Positions 11,772 through 25,100 of a stretch of 64,000 nucleotides of DNA are shown here, piece by piece (the stretch's first letter is position 1; each line of letters begins with the position of its first letter). The DNA is from Balanoglossus misakiensis (taxonomy: Eukaryota; Animalia; Hemichordata), in contig CM082595.2 in NCBI GenBank assembly GCA_040954595.2, positions 6,536,137 through 6,600,136 of the forward strand. The letters are read 5' to 3'. The notes under the pieces are model-generated. The model was not told where the DNA came from and ran no database searches. It saw only the letters and a list, made by a program, of their open reading frames with translations. The position numbers and the translations under genes were made by a program.

Positions 11772-11967
11772 TACTGTAAAACGGGAATTTTCGCAACAGG
11801 AAATTTTTGTGATATCAAAAGAAGCAACTGTCCTGCGACAATTAATATTTTGCTTTCTCGATGTAAATCAAACATTGTGACTTTTTCTACGCGACTATTA
11901 ATTTTCGCGTTCTCATGAAAGTCGCAAAAATTTATCGTTCACGAAAAAAAATTCCCGTTTTACAGTA
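11772..11967. mobile_element. MITE family A2 (TACTGTAAAACGGGAA TIR)
   Basis: TACTGTAAAACGGGAATTTT...AAAATTCCCGTTTTACAGTA; a relative lies at 53601-53805. Confidence 0.8.
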
Positions 11968-12257
11968 GTCCCTTTTGAAAGCTGGTTAAAAGAAAAACCT
12001 CCAGTTCTATTTTTTTGGACATCATTGTCAGTCTGAAAACAATTTACAGTAATACATCACATGTGTACAAACAGCTTAATTTCTCTAGCCAGATTTAGTA
12101 TGTTGCACTTTGTAAACCCGTCATGTGGTTAATGATATATGACCAGAATTCATGACCTGTGCATGCAACCTGTGCCATGTAAAAGTTGTTTTCAGGAGGA
12201 GGTTCACATAGTGAACCAGGTGAAAGTGGAGCAGAATTCTTTCTCCACGTCACAGGC

Positions 12258-12321
12258 TTAACCTTTTCACCCCCATTTCTATGGGTTCAGACCGCACCAT
12301 TGTGGTGACTGAAAGGGTTAA
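12258..12321. mobile_element. Tiny piggyBac-like MITE (family D)
   Basis: TTAA CCTTTTCACC...TGAAAGGG TTAA; relatives at 19142-19234, 50630-50722 and ~9267-9332. Confidence 0.55.
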
Positions 12322-13961
12322 ACAACAGATTACGTGCAGAGGTCATATGACATTCTGGTATCATCATTGCATACATGTTCCCTGCTATAGATTTGACAGA
12401 TATTGGAGTTTTTTGTAGTGGAGCGCTTCATTTCAGTACAATAATGCACCAGTACAGTGATAATGCTACTACCCTAAAACAATTGTGATTGGCCTAGCTG
12501 CAGTTATTGATGTGCAAAGTGAGGTCATGTTGGGTCATTTCAAAATCTAAAAAAACATTGAAATGAAATCAGACTTCACGGTTGACGAGTTTAATAGTAA
12601 ATTAACAAGGCACGCTGATCCCAACAACAGCTGTAATGATACATTTTTGTAATTTAAAATTCAATTATCTGTAACATATTTAAATTTTCAATGTTTTTGA
12701 TCATTCTAAGATTTATTGTGTCTACCTTCCCAGAGCACGATAAAATACCCAGTACATACAGCCACATAACACTGCTGTGATCATTGAATGGCTTTAGGCT
12801 AGAATTGAATTCACTGCGAATGGTATAACCATCCTCATTAGGTTATGCTGACACATAGAATAGCGCAGGTATTTTTAGCATGGAACAGTGAGTAGCTGCA
12901 GTAAACTGTAGTTGGCACGTAGGGTTATAGTATTGAAAAGAAAAATGTAAATAGTAATTATGCTAGCCTACTGTGCAGTGAAAGTATGTGTTTAAAAAAC
13001 CTTTGCGTGATGGCAGAGAAGTGAGAGAGAGGGAGAGTCGAGAGAGAGAGCGAGCTAGCATCGTTTCTAATTTGTTATGCATAATACACTCAGAGAATAT
13101 ATTACTAACATGCAGATAATGTACAGAACTGCTGTGTTGCCACAATGAAAATTTAGGTCACTTTTTTTTCCCGAGAAAGGCCGTAAAATTTAGGCCACAT
13201 GTCTTTAATAACAAGCCCCCTAAAATCCAGGTAATCTCGTTGAACACAATTAATGGATTGAGCGCGGCAGCCTGCATTAAATATGAACTGAAATGGCTTT
13301 TCGCAGCTTTAGTTCCCAAAGGAGGTTTAAGCAATTGTAATAATAATTGATATGGCTGGAAGTAAAGCCACTGTGTAAATGAGTCAATGTAGCTGGGTTT
13401 TAGAGATTTGTACCTCTTGCATATATATGAGAGCCTAATTTTGTAATCCTACATGTACTGGTTATGTAGGTTGGGTGTATCGATGCACTTTGCCAAGTTG
13501 CACTGAATCGGTTTGATCAGGTAGCACCCAGAACAACAGCTTCCAGGCACCTAGAAAAAAATCAATGCAATTTCCACCGAAAACGGTTAAACCTGCCAAA
13601 GTAAACCAATCAGTGGCCATGGATAACTCTGTAACCATAGATACCTGCATTGCCATGGTTAATGCAGATGACAATAGGAGAAAATGGTGTACATCTTGTG
13701 ACTAGCTGAAATGTTTTGTCATTAAAAAGTATCTGTGAGGCAGTGTGTGCATCTATGGACATGATTCATAATATTGTACATTGCGGATAGAATAAAATAA
13801 AATCAGTTTTGTTTGCAGAAACTGAAATGCAAGGGTGCTGTAGAGAGGTTTCAAGTGAAACTACATGTACTGGCAAATTTTTATTATTATTATTATTATT
13901 TTTACATTTATAACCATTTACGGCATACATGACATTGTGATATTGCTTACACGCGATATAG

Positions 13962-14322
13962 CACGGTCTTCTCAGAATGAGTTGCTTAGAATCAGAACTC
14001 AGGATTTTTACAGAGTGATGAGGCAGTGGGGTTTAATTTTCAAAGTTAAGCACAAATATGCATGACGACAAAGAATTCTCGTCATATGCCACGTTTGTGT
14101 AATCAGCCACTAGTGTTCACAATTATATTCCTGCAATTACTTTTTTGTACCCTGTAAAGCCTTACAGGCATATCACAAATTGGCCCGTATATTACACTAT
14201 TGATCAAACGACTTGAATTTACAAAGGGAATCCAGATTGTGCTGATTATAGACTCAATATTTCACAGAATCCAGGAGTTCACAGGTATGGCAAGCTTTAG
14301 AATTTCATTTGAAAAGACCGTG
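13962..14322. mobile_element. Probable MITE
   Basis: Inverted ends CACGGTCTTCTCAGAATGA / TCATTTGAAAAGACCGTG; no clear TSD. Confidence 0.45.
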
Positions 14323-16349
14323 ACAAATATTTATATACAGTAATCACAGATTTCCATGAATTTGTCATGAAAAGCAATGCTGTTCTATTCAAAAAATAAT
14401 TCTCGAAGCCTTCTTTTTTCATATCACTAAAATGATACATCATACAGTGGGCGATTGGTTTCCATACCTCACAAAACATGAATAGAAAAGATGCTTATTC
14501 AGTGAAATTGAAATTTGCCTTGGTGATCATTAGCCATGTGGAAATATGGATTTTTTGCACATGTTCATGAGATTTCATAAGACCCATGATTGATTGATCC
14601 TTGCTGTAGATAACCCTTTGACTTGTTCTCATAATAATATGAGTATTTTAGTAAGGATTTAGAATAATCTAAACTAACGAGGTCTGTTTCAGTTTTTGAG
14701 AAGACATGGTTCACGGTCACTGCAAACTATATAGTAATGAGAATAGCGTATAAACAATTATTGCATGTTTTACCAATTTTTGCATATTTTATAGAGAGTA
14801 AAAAAATCTGTACATCTCTATTTTTTGTATGTGGATAGGAAACAGAAAACAATAGCATCAATGTCCCTGTAGGATGCTCAGATCCATAATATGCTGTTGA
14901 AATAAAATTGTAGAATATTATACCGGCAAATTATATGTGTCATTGAAATGTTAATGTGCACTAAATTGCAAAAGGTGGTGCCCTAAAAAGCCATAATATC
15001 ACACTAAAGGTAGATAATCCAATGAATGGTTTTCTCTGGAGGATTGCTAGCAATAGCAAGATGTGTTGTTTGAAAACTAAAGGTTACAGAGCTCAGGTTT
15101 CGAGAAATTTAGCCTTTTGGAATGTGTATACATTTTCTTAATATGACTCTCATGTGTAATTTGCACATATTCCTGATTAGGTTTGTTGTGTACAACTAAC
15201 ACGTCCAGGTAAACACTGAGGAGACATTTTGTTAATACGGATGCATGTCGTCGGTTCCAGTGTTAATAGGATAGCTGTGTTTGGTCAAGTAAGTGTTCCC
15301 ATAATTCATTTTATATTGTGGACTTCGGTGTTTCAAATAGCTGCATTAGTACATAATGAATGTGACCTCCTCCTGAGATATGATTGAATTGTACTTTCAA
15401 AAATTCAATGCAGATTCTCCGAAAGCATTGAAAGTAATTTTTATGGGATTGCAATTTGGAGATGTCTAGCCGCTGTTAGCAGATGGCAAAGTGTTTCTTT
15501 CAGAAATTTTCTGCCACCATTAATACAAGACAGGAAATGGCAAACTTATCCATTGATATATAAACAGTTGGGGGGAAAATAGCACAGCTCGTTGTCATGG
15601 CAGCATAGCCTCTCACCATGGGGACTATCTTTGTTGCCGTGACAACTCTAATGAAATTTTTTAAGAGGGCTCTGTTCTCTGAGTCAGCCCCAGATGCGAC
15701 TACACAAAAGTGTATGTATTAAAATGGCTGGGTTCGGGATTGGCTTATTATATGATGAGGCTGGTCACCTTGGAGTCGTGATTCAGTGACCATGGCAACA
15801 GATGTGCAGACACACCGAGAATTTCGTAGTGCTATATTAGGATTGAAAAGATACAATATAATGATTCTATGTGTCAATCCTCAAGTGGTTTGTATAACAT
15901 TCTCGCTGAAAGGAGCTGATTTACAAATTACGTTATATGGCTGTTGCCGTTACAAAAAATGCACTTTGATATATCGATGCTTTGTTTTGATGTTTAGTTT
16001 TATTGAAAAATATGATTGATGACAAGGAAACAGGGTTTTAATGTATTCAGTATTGAATAACTAGCAACAATGAAATTGGATTGACTGGGAAATTAGATTT
16101 GGCATTTATACTGGATGAGACAACTTAAAGTGCAGTATGCGTACACAGTACATCCAGTATGTACGTGCATTATTTACGTATGCGCTCATACATGTGATAA
16201 GATTATGCAATTGAATAACTGCAAATGTATTGAATTTCCATTAAGTATCCCCTTTGGATGCTGATTCCACTGAAATATTTAAATCCAGTGAAACTATATT
16301 CAATTTACTAGATCTTACACATAACATCATTTAGACCGATTTGCCTATG

Positions 16350-16497
16350 CAGTGTTCGTCTCCCCAGGATTTTGGAAAAGCATGACAGCTAATTTTCATA
16401 ACAATATAATCAATTGTTATGTTAATTAAGTTCTGTTGTCTTCTCAAAATTAAAGAGTGGTGGCCACCATGCTTTAATTGCTCTGGGGAGAACACTG
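16350..16497. mobile_element. hAT-like MITE with 5-bp TSD (CTATG)
   Basis: CTATG|CAGTGTTCGTCTCCCCAG...CTGGGGAGAACACTG|CTATG. Confidence 0.7.
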
Positions 16498-17441
16498 CTA
16501 TGTCGTTCGGGAAATTCTATTGTACCTGGCCCAAATATTGCTGTGGTTAGGGATTGTCCATTAAACTAATATTTTAACAGTTGGACATGATTTGCTGACA
16601 GCTGACTGCATGTCTTTCAACTAGCCCAACTGCTGTTATTCCTTGATTTAATCCAGAGAGGATTACAATTTTTAGACTGTTTCATTAATTAAAATAATTC
16701 TAGTGGAAATATTTGTGTTGTGTCAGGCAGTACATGTTCATTGATCTGTGAATAAATTGCAGGGTATGTAGCATTTAAAATTGAGGTGGGTGGGCTCAGT
16801 TCTGATCCGGAAGTCCACACAGCTCATTAACGTCACCCTGGTTACAGTCTCCGTAGCAATCAGTGATCTCACACCTTTCACCTTTCACCATGGCGATTAG
16901 AATAGCACTTGATTGGTAACATCCGAGCATCAGAGCTGACTGAAATAATATAAAGCTGGACTAATGAGTGATTCACACTTTTTATTTTATATATAGCACT
17001 GAATGAATGAAGCAGTATACAGTTGACTAATAGCGGAGGAGTCTGCAGTTCATGATCCCAGGGCTAAATGGACACCAGGGGTCCCTCCTGTGACTGCAGT
17101 GTTTTATTTATCTATTCACACATGAATAATGTACAACCAAACATTGCATGGCTCTCTCAATATGTGGGGAAAAATAAATTTGTCCCCTTAGGCATGTTGG
17201 GGGCTTGATTATATTTCATTGAGGGGAGATTTGGAAAGGGTTGTCGTGTACACAGATACCATCTTTATATAAAATGAAAACAAACCGTTAATAACTGAGT
17301 ACAATTTATTATGGGGAATGTAGATCCAAATTTATGAAAACCTGTAGTTGAAAAAAAAATGAAAGAAAATTGATCTACCATAGTAAATATGAAGTAATAT
17401 CTGTGTCCCTCCCCTCATTCCTCATGATATGGAATCAACAA

Positions 17442-17468
17442 CCCCCCCCCCCCCCCCCCCCCCCCCCC
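17442..17468. repeat. Poly-C tract (27 nt)
   Basis: Read directly. Confidence 0.9.
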
Positions 17469-19141
17469 GGCACACTTATATGTCAGAGTTAATATGAGAT
17501 GTGTGAGAAAACTGGCTTGAGATCCACTAGGTTTTCTGAAGCAGAAACTGTTACAGGGTGCCTAGGTCAATTTGATTGCATGAATCCCTCTTGTGTGCAC
17601 TGTTTGTAGGAGGCAGAACTATCTCGGGGTTACCACAAAAGGCCATGTGGTCATCTCAAATTTCAGCCGTCACCATGGCAATTTGTGATTGCACTGTGCT
17701 ACGTGCTAATAATTTTGATTTGCATTCAAGACAGACTTGTGACATACATACCAGTGCCGTCAATATCAAGGTCACCTTCATCTTGGTATTGATTCTATAT
17801 AATGTTTGTTGACGCAAATCTGTAAAGGGGCACCCTATATTATTGAACTTTAAAGGCCTAATATTCTTGGAAAGTATCTGTAATTGTGTTGATATGGTGT
17901 TTTTAACATCCAACTTCAAATGTGTTAACGTTCCCTCAGTCTGCTAGTTGTATGTCGTAGGAATAAAACATTGCTTGCTAGCCGCAGTCATATTATACAT
18001 ATTATGTACATGTAGATAACTATGCGTATGATTACATTTGCATGTACATAATATTGAATGGGCCTGAGCTGTCGATTCCCAATATGTAAATGTACATTGC
18101 TTTCAGATATTTATCTTGTATTGCAAAAGCAGCAGCGATACATGTACATTTGTATACTGACAAATTGACGTCAGATTTTTGTCAGAAGGATTAGAAATAC
18201 AGTCAAACATGCAACATTGGTCACTCAGGAGTGCCTCAAGTTGGTTGTTTTCTATGGAAAAATTGGACCTCTGCTGTCAGAAAAGGATGGGGTGAAAGGA
18301 TTGAATTATTCGATTAGGAAATGGGCAATTTTGTAGATTGGTGGAGCTTCACTTTAGTATTGACACATGTATGTCATTCAGAAATGTTCCATCCATCCAT
18401 CCTCAACCAGAAAATTTCATTAGATAGTTACTTAGAGAAATAAGAGACCTCGCAGATGGAAATGCATGTCTGTGGAGGAACGCCAATGCGTGGGCTGCTT
18501 ATTTGATTTGGCTGTTGGTCGTTCTAATGTGCTACAAGACTTCTGAATAGGTGAATGCAGTTGACGTCAAATGGAAACAGACAGTCGCAAATGCAGGGCG
18601 GTAATTGTGGGCTAAATGAAAGGAACGGTCTCTGCTGTGTCCTGAATTGCAATGCTGGTGTGTTTGCCTGGTGTCCAGGCTTGAATGCAGGTATCCTTTC
18701 GATGTCTGCCTTTTTGCCTGAGAAACAAAAAATATAATGTTAATATGCATGACACGTAGTGATGTACATGTAGATGTGTTTTGACACAGGTGGACAGGAA
18801 GACCTAACATCCGGCAAACACATAACATTTGCTCATTAATGTGTGTGTTCTTTGGGGTTTGGAAACATTATAGCTAGTCACGTGCTGAGTTCAGACATCA
18901 CTGCAACGCACATGTAAGTTTTGCGTTTAATGCTGTCCGATATTGTCTAAAAAATGAAGTTGTGTTTAAATGACTGAAACAAGCAGATTAACATTTAGCC
19001 GCAATAATTGTAGCCGAGGTTCTCTGTTTTCACTTTCTAGTTGTCTGCGATCCTATTAACCAGATATAGTGAAAAAGCAAAAACACGCAACCGAGTATTA
19101 CCAGTAGCTAAATGGAAAAGGACACTTGATATGTACATACT

Positions 19142-19234
19142 TTAACCCTTTCACCCCAGTTCGCTGTTTAAGACGTCCAACCTAACCATGCATGGAACAA
19201 TTAGTTTGGACTGATATTGTTAGGTAAGAGTTAA
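19142..19234. mobile_element. Tiny piggyBac-like MITE (family D), diverged
   Basis: TTAACCCTTTCACCCCAGTT...AAGAGTTAA; similar to the 50630 copy. Confidence 0.5.
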
Positions 19235-20233
19235 ACCATGTGGTCCAGCATTGATCAGCCATGGTGTTGATTACATGGACATAGACTGGAGTGGATCAGC
19301 TTTCACTGCTGGATTGTTGCAGGTTCTTTTCTGAAAAAAAAATGTGTGAATGTCTGAAAACTTGTAAATGATATTCTCAGTTGGTTGTGTAAGTAAACAA
19401 AGTTGCAGAAGTCCTGTTGAAGTCTGGAAAATAAGTTAATAGATTCTTGTATTATTTTTATGCATGGTATCCAGTTTATTATGTCCCACAGGAGGTATAT
19501 ACACACTTGATGTGGACACACTTTTGACCAGCCAACTTTTGTTCGTGTACGGGTACGGGAGAGGGGATTAGGTCAGGATCCTGAAATCTAGCATAACCTC
19601 GCATAAACAAAAAATACATTATATCAGTACATACTACATACAAGTGTCTTTTGTAAACATTATTTTAAAATATCAATATGAAAAAAAAGTTTGAGTACCA
19701 CTTTATGCAGTTTATTTTGTCCGTCAAAGCAATACTAGCATACAGAGTGAACTGAGTGATGTAAAATTATGGTACCGATAAATAACACTGACTTGCTGAT
19801 GTAACTCAGCACTTTGAATTCAACCCAGCACCTGTAATAGGTTATCTTATCGTAGTACACCCCTGGTGATTTCCTGTAACATTGTTTTTTTCCTTCCTGC
19901 TGAAGATTGATTTAGGTTTGCACATTGATTTGTGAGTGGAATCTCACAGACACAGCTCCAGGCAATGTCAGCTTGCTTGAGCAGGATCAGGGCTCTCTGT
20001 CTCATCTCTCAATAAGACACAGCGTCTGCTTTCGTGACTCACTCAGTGAGGTATCACCCTAACCATTTCTTTTTCTCAAAAATTATCTGGATTATATACT
20101 TTGCCGTGGGGTTTGGGATATTCTTGTTCATCTTCCATCTGTCAACCCTGTGGCATTTTAATGTGTGACGGTTGAAACTTGGTGCAAGTTGGCTGCATCA
20201 CTGAGAATTTTCGATCGGCAAGAACAATAGCTG

Positions 20234-20452
20234 TAAGGGGAGAACCATTTGATATCTGGGGGATGAAGGATTTGGGTCTGTCAGCAATTTTAATCCCAGC
20301 CACTATTACAGAAAATTTGCTTTCTATTATCAGCGCTACTTTTTTCTCATGTATTGCAGAAGAATTTATTTCGTCTGCACCATCTGCCAACAAATAAATG
20401 CTTTCCCGAAAAATCCTTCCCCCCCCCCAGAAATCAAATGGTTCTCCCCTAA
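20234..20452. mobile_element. PIF/Harbinger (Tourist-like) MITE
   Basis: TAA|GGGGAGAACCATTTGAT...ATCAAATGGTTCTCCCC|TAA. Confidence 0.8.
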
Positions 20453-20989
20453 CGATTTCTTGACGCGATTTCATTAAAATCAGATTGTACAGATGTGCTT
20501 GCAGTCATTTTCCACGTCTGTGATTCATTGTACATGGCCTTTGTCCTCATCTTTCTACGTACCTGGATAAGAATTCCAAGGTCAAGGCAACAGACGAGTG
20601 AATCCCCCCACATCTGATTTTAAATCAGAGTGTTCTCAGAGACAAACCATGAATAATGAATGGTTTTAGCGAACTGCCAAACATTTCAATTTCTGTGGCT
20701 GTTCTGCGCTTTGTATTTGCATAAATTTGCATTTGTAGCTCGAAGTAAAATAAAAATCCGATAAATGCATTTCACCTAAGATCTACCTTGATGGAATGAT
20801 TGGTTTTGCTGGTCAGGTTTAGGGCATCACAAACAGGCTAAATAATTCTCTTTCAATCAAATAATTGGAGATTGAATTAACCTTTGAGTTTGACATTTTG
20901 TATGTATCATATTCAATTTCCCATTTCCTTAAAACGAGTAAACTTAATGAGGTGTGTGATAAAAGGAATTCAATCACTTTTGTATCACT

Positions 20990-21181
20990 AATTTATATCT
21001 CTTCGTCATCAGACATAATTAAAATTAATGAATTAATTAATTTGTGACAGCAACATGTTTTCCAATTTAAATGCAGCTGTCATAATTTATATCTCTTCCA
21101 CATCAGACATAATTAATATTAATTAACTAATTAATTTGTGACATCAGCAAGCATGTTTTCCAATTCCTATGCAGCTGTCAT
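20990..21181. repeat. Tandem duplication, ~95 bp unit x2
   Basis: AATTTATATCTCTTC...CATCAGACATAATTAA...TTTGTGACA...ATGCAGCTGTCAT occurs twice. Confidence 0.85.
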
Positions 21182-22121
21182 TTCGTCATAATAATATTTC
21201 AGAAGGATCTCATGTTTGTTTCAAGAAGAAATAGTGACATTCCATTTCCATAAGCATTACATTGCCATTATGGGTCAATTTAATCACTATAATGCATTCA
21301 GATTTCATATCAAAAAAGCCTATTAGAACAGGGAAAACGTCATTGATTTCAGTCGTACTGAACTTCTGAAGGTCCATTAGAGATTTTTACCTGTGTATTT
21401 AGTGTGTGATACAACTGCAGTTTCTTGTTCAACTCCTTAAACCAAGGCAAATATGACAAGGCCAGTATGTGTACAGTCAGCACTCACTCAGTCTGGGCTT
21501 GAATTCATTTGTAAACAATGACAATAATAACAGCCCTTACTACTGCAGGCAGTGATGAAAAACAGCCGGATACATGACAGAGATTTGAACAAGAAGCTGG
21601 TGTCTGTTAAATATTTGTGATGTTTGTGAAAATTGGATCAAAATTAAAAGTGAAATGTTGCAATAATTACATTTCATAATTTTGACACTGTTTGCCCAAA
21701 TACTGACTGAGAGACCAGAATGGTGAAGTACATTAGATGGTGTAATTACAACTGGAAGGAATGGCACATTTTTATGTCCATACTCAAGATGGAATCTGTA
21801 TTTTGATGTGATTTTAAATTTCTAGTCAGACAACATATTCTTCCTTGGCAAATGTTGAATTTCACTGGAAAAAATGGTCTGTGTGTATGCTAGATGGCTG
21901 TGTGCCAATGGCATTTTTAATACTTGGAGACATATGGCTTTATCATTGATCAGGCTATTTGGGTGATACTGGAATGAGCTCATTAAAATCACGGCAGGCT
22001 CAGTAACTGCGGGTGATGAATTTCCAGGTGAATCCTCCCTTCCCCTGACAAGCACTGCGTCAAAGAGAACCACGCAGTGAATACTTACATTGTCTCTGGT
22101 GCACTTCATGGTGGCAAGTAA

Positions 22122-25100
22122 TAGTCAGGTGGAGATTTGAGAAATTGTGACCCCCTCTGGCATTTTTTGGTACAAGCAAACCAAATATGTTTTTTGGTCA
22201 ATTCGACTACGCTGATTTCGAAAATGCCTGTTCCCAAAAGATCTTTTTGAGATAAGAGCCTCGTTTTGGCAAATCAAATATGGCCGCCAAGGATCGCAAT
22301 TCTCACATGAATAGCATCAAAGAAATGTTCACGTACCTCCTTAAACAATGAAAATAAAATACATGTTTACAACAACAACGTTTTTGGTTGTATAAACACA
22401 AACTAGCAACAATAAAACAATAATTATGCAAAAATTTGCATATTGTATGAATAATTCGTTGATTTTTGGCTAACAAATAATAATAAAGCTAGGTGTAACA
22501 GTACATGTACTAAAAACTCACAATCATTGGAAAAAATTACCTTTTCTTTATTTTAATAAAGGACTTAAACCTTGTTCAAAACAACACTTCAAGTGTGAAG
22601 TTCATTTTGAGATAAGAGCCTCGATGTGGCAATTCAATATGGCCGTCTAAAGCCCTGTAGTGGAGCGGCCAAACCCTAATTTTCATAGCGATTGTGCATT
22701 TTGTGATATAAGCACCAAACTTGGCTCAGATGTGTGTTAATGTGTACTAAAAAAATTCAGATAGGGAGCCACTAAATATCTGTTGATGAGTTTCCATGGC
22801 AACCAATTTTTCAAAATGGCCACCAATACAGATAATTTCACCCACCAAATAACATCTGTAAACACCAAAATAAATTTAGATTACTATATTTGATACAAGG
22901 AACTGTGGAAAGAATAATTTGCAAAGATATTATGGTTACTAAACTACTTATAGGGGTAAGTAAGTTATCAAAACACAATTTAAAGGCACAACTTTTAATC
23001 CCTTTCGGATTAATAGGTGCTCCTCGAAGTCAAACCATACTGTCTATGGTCAAACATTAGGCTAATTGCGATATTTAACTTGCAGTACGTAAATTACACA
23101 TATGAATCACAACAGTTTACCACCTTAGCTAATGATAATCATATAAACAGATCACCGATATATTCGAATTGCACACGGATGTGGGCTTGGCTTACTCGTG
23201 ACTGGTAAAATTTCCTTATCAACTTGATAGGAGAGTCCACTGCCCGAAATAGACGTTGATCCAAACTGAGTCCGCGGTCGTCACGTTTATTGGTCGACAG
23301 ACATAGGGCCTCAAACGCAATGCAATCTAAATGGACCCCGGGTAACGAACCACGCGGCTTTGTTTCGACCACAATCGCCACCGCAGCGTTGACAACGTTT
23401 TTTCGGGGCGTTGATGTTTTTCAAAATGCCATAGGAAATTAAAGAAACTTAAGTCAAATTGCTGAAACGTTAATAATCGACCATATGTCTTGATACTTTA
23501 GATCATGTATCAGTTCCACTCCAGCAATTTTGGCGACTGTTAACAGAGTTGACCAAAAGATAAATGGTGTCTATGATTCCAAACTCATAAAAATTACACC
23601 GGAGGACACAACATTATTTTATTTGTCGAGAATAGTGTCCATCATGCCATAAATATTGTCAAAAATGTGTGTTAATTATAGAAACCCAACTAAATATACA
23701 AGCAGTTGGCCTTTAGTTTGGTAAATGGAAAAACAGGTCTTATTGCAATTTTCTGGGATTAGGTGCCCCAAGGCCCCCAACAAGTCACTTGGAATGTACT
23801 TCCATTCTAATATCTCAATGTGTAAAGATCTGACTTTGCAAGAGATATTACGGAAAACTTCATTTCATTTAATAGCATGAAGTAAGCGAAATCTTACTCT
23901 TTACAGAAAAGCTGTGATCCTGAAGACCTTTGGTGTTTTGAAGCTTATTTGCACTTTATCATTTTATTCTTTGATTTTGGGGGTTCAAAAATACACAAAA
24001 TAACATGTCAAAATAGAACTGCTGACTATCATCAAGGTGCGATTAAAATTATCGATAACATGAGCAATACAAAGCACTTCAAGCGACTTCATCAAAACGC
24101 TTTCCGAAGGACAAGTATTGGATGAAAAGTTTGAAACAGATTTTGATTTTGATTCCTAACATCTATCTATGTACATGCGCCCTAGACATAGTTTGTTTCT
24201 ATAGTAACTTTAACAAACCAATCGACTGTCATGATACTTGCTTTCTGCCATCATTTTATGGGGAAGTGATTCTTTATTTGCATGAATCATTTGATGAAGA
24301 TAAAATAGAAAAGCTGGATTCTGCACTGATTGAAACTGGTCAGATCAATTTATAAGGTTGAGAAACAAGATGCCGTTTTTTCCTGGGTTGACTAAATTTG
24401 GAATTTTGTTCATCAAAGATATTTTTATGGGGAAAATAACGAATCAACTGAGCTTTACTTGTTAAACTTTTATCACAAAATGCCCAAATGTTACGAAAAT
24501 TGTGTTTATGCCAGGCCACTATTATAATATATATATGGTTATACAGTGTTTTAACTAAGTTTGTTGTAACCGGGGTTATTACCAAACTTGAATTTCTTTA
24601 GCGACTGAATCTCGATCCTGTATTTACCCCTTTAACTAGTTTAGTGATGATATATATTTTGAAAATTACTCTTTGAGCAGTTTCTTGTTTCAAATATTGT
24701 AATATGAATTTATTGTGGTGTTTTATAATTGTTATTTTGTGGGTGAGATTATCTGTATTGGCGGCCATTTTGAAAAAAATGAAAAAATGGTTGCCATGGA
24801 AACTCATCATCTGAGCCAAGTACGACACCCAAGTGGATTAAACATACATGTATATATGTTGCCTCACTGACACAATGTTCACTTTGCACACAGTATCATA
24901 TATAAAAACGTAATAAAAATACACATTACTCTTTACTTATGAAGAGAAATTGTTGTTAGAGACCGGGTTTCAAAAAAACACCGAGGACGTCGGGCCATCA
25001 GTGTGCATTCAACGTCTTATAACTAAGCATGAATATACGGTGCTGGCATAATGTGAGTGTGGCCATACGATGCTTTCGCTATTAATGAACAACTTGTATG

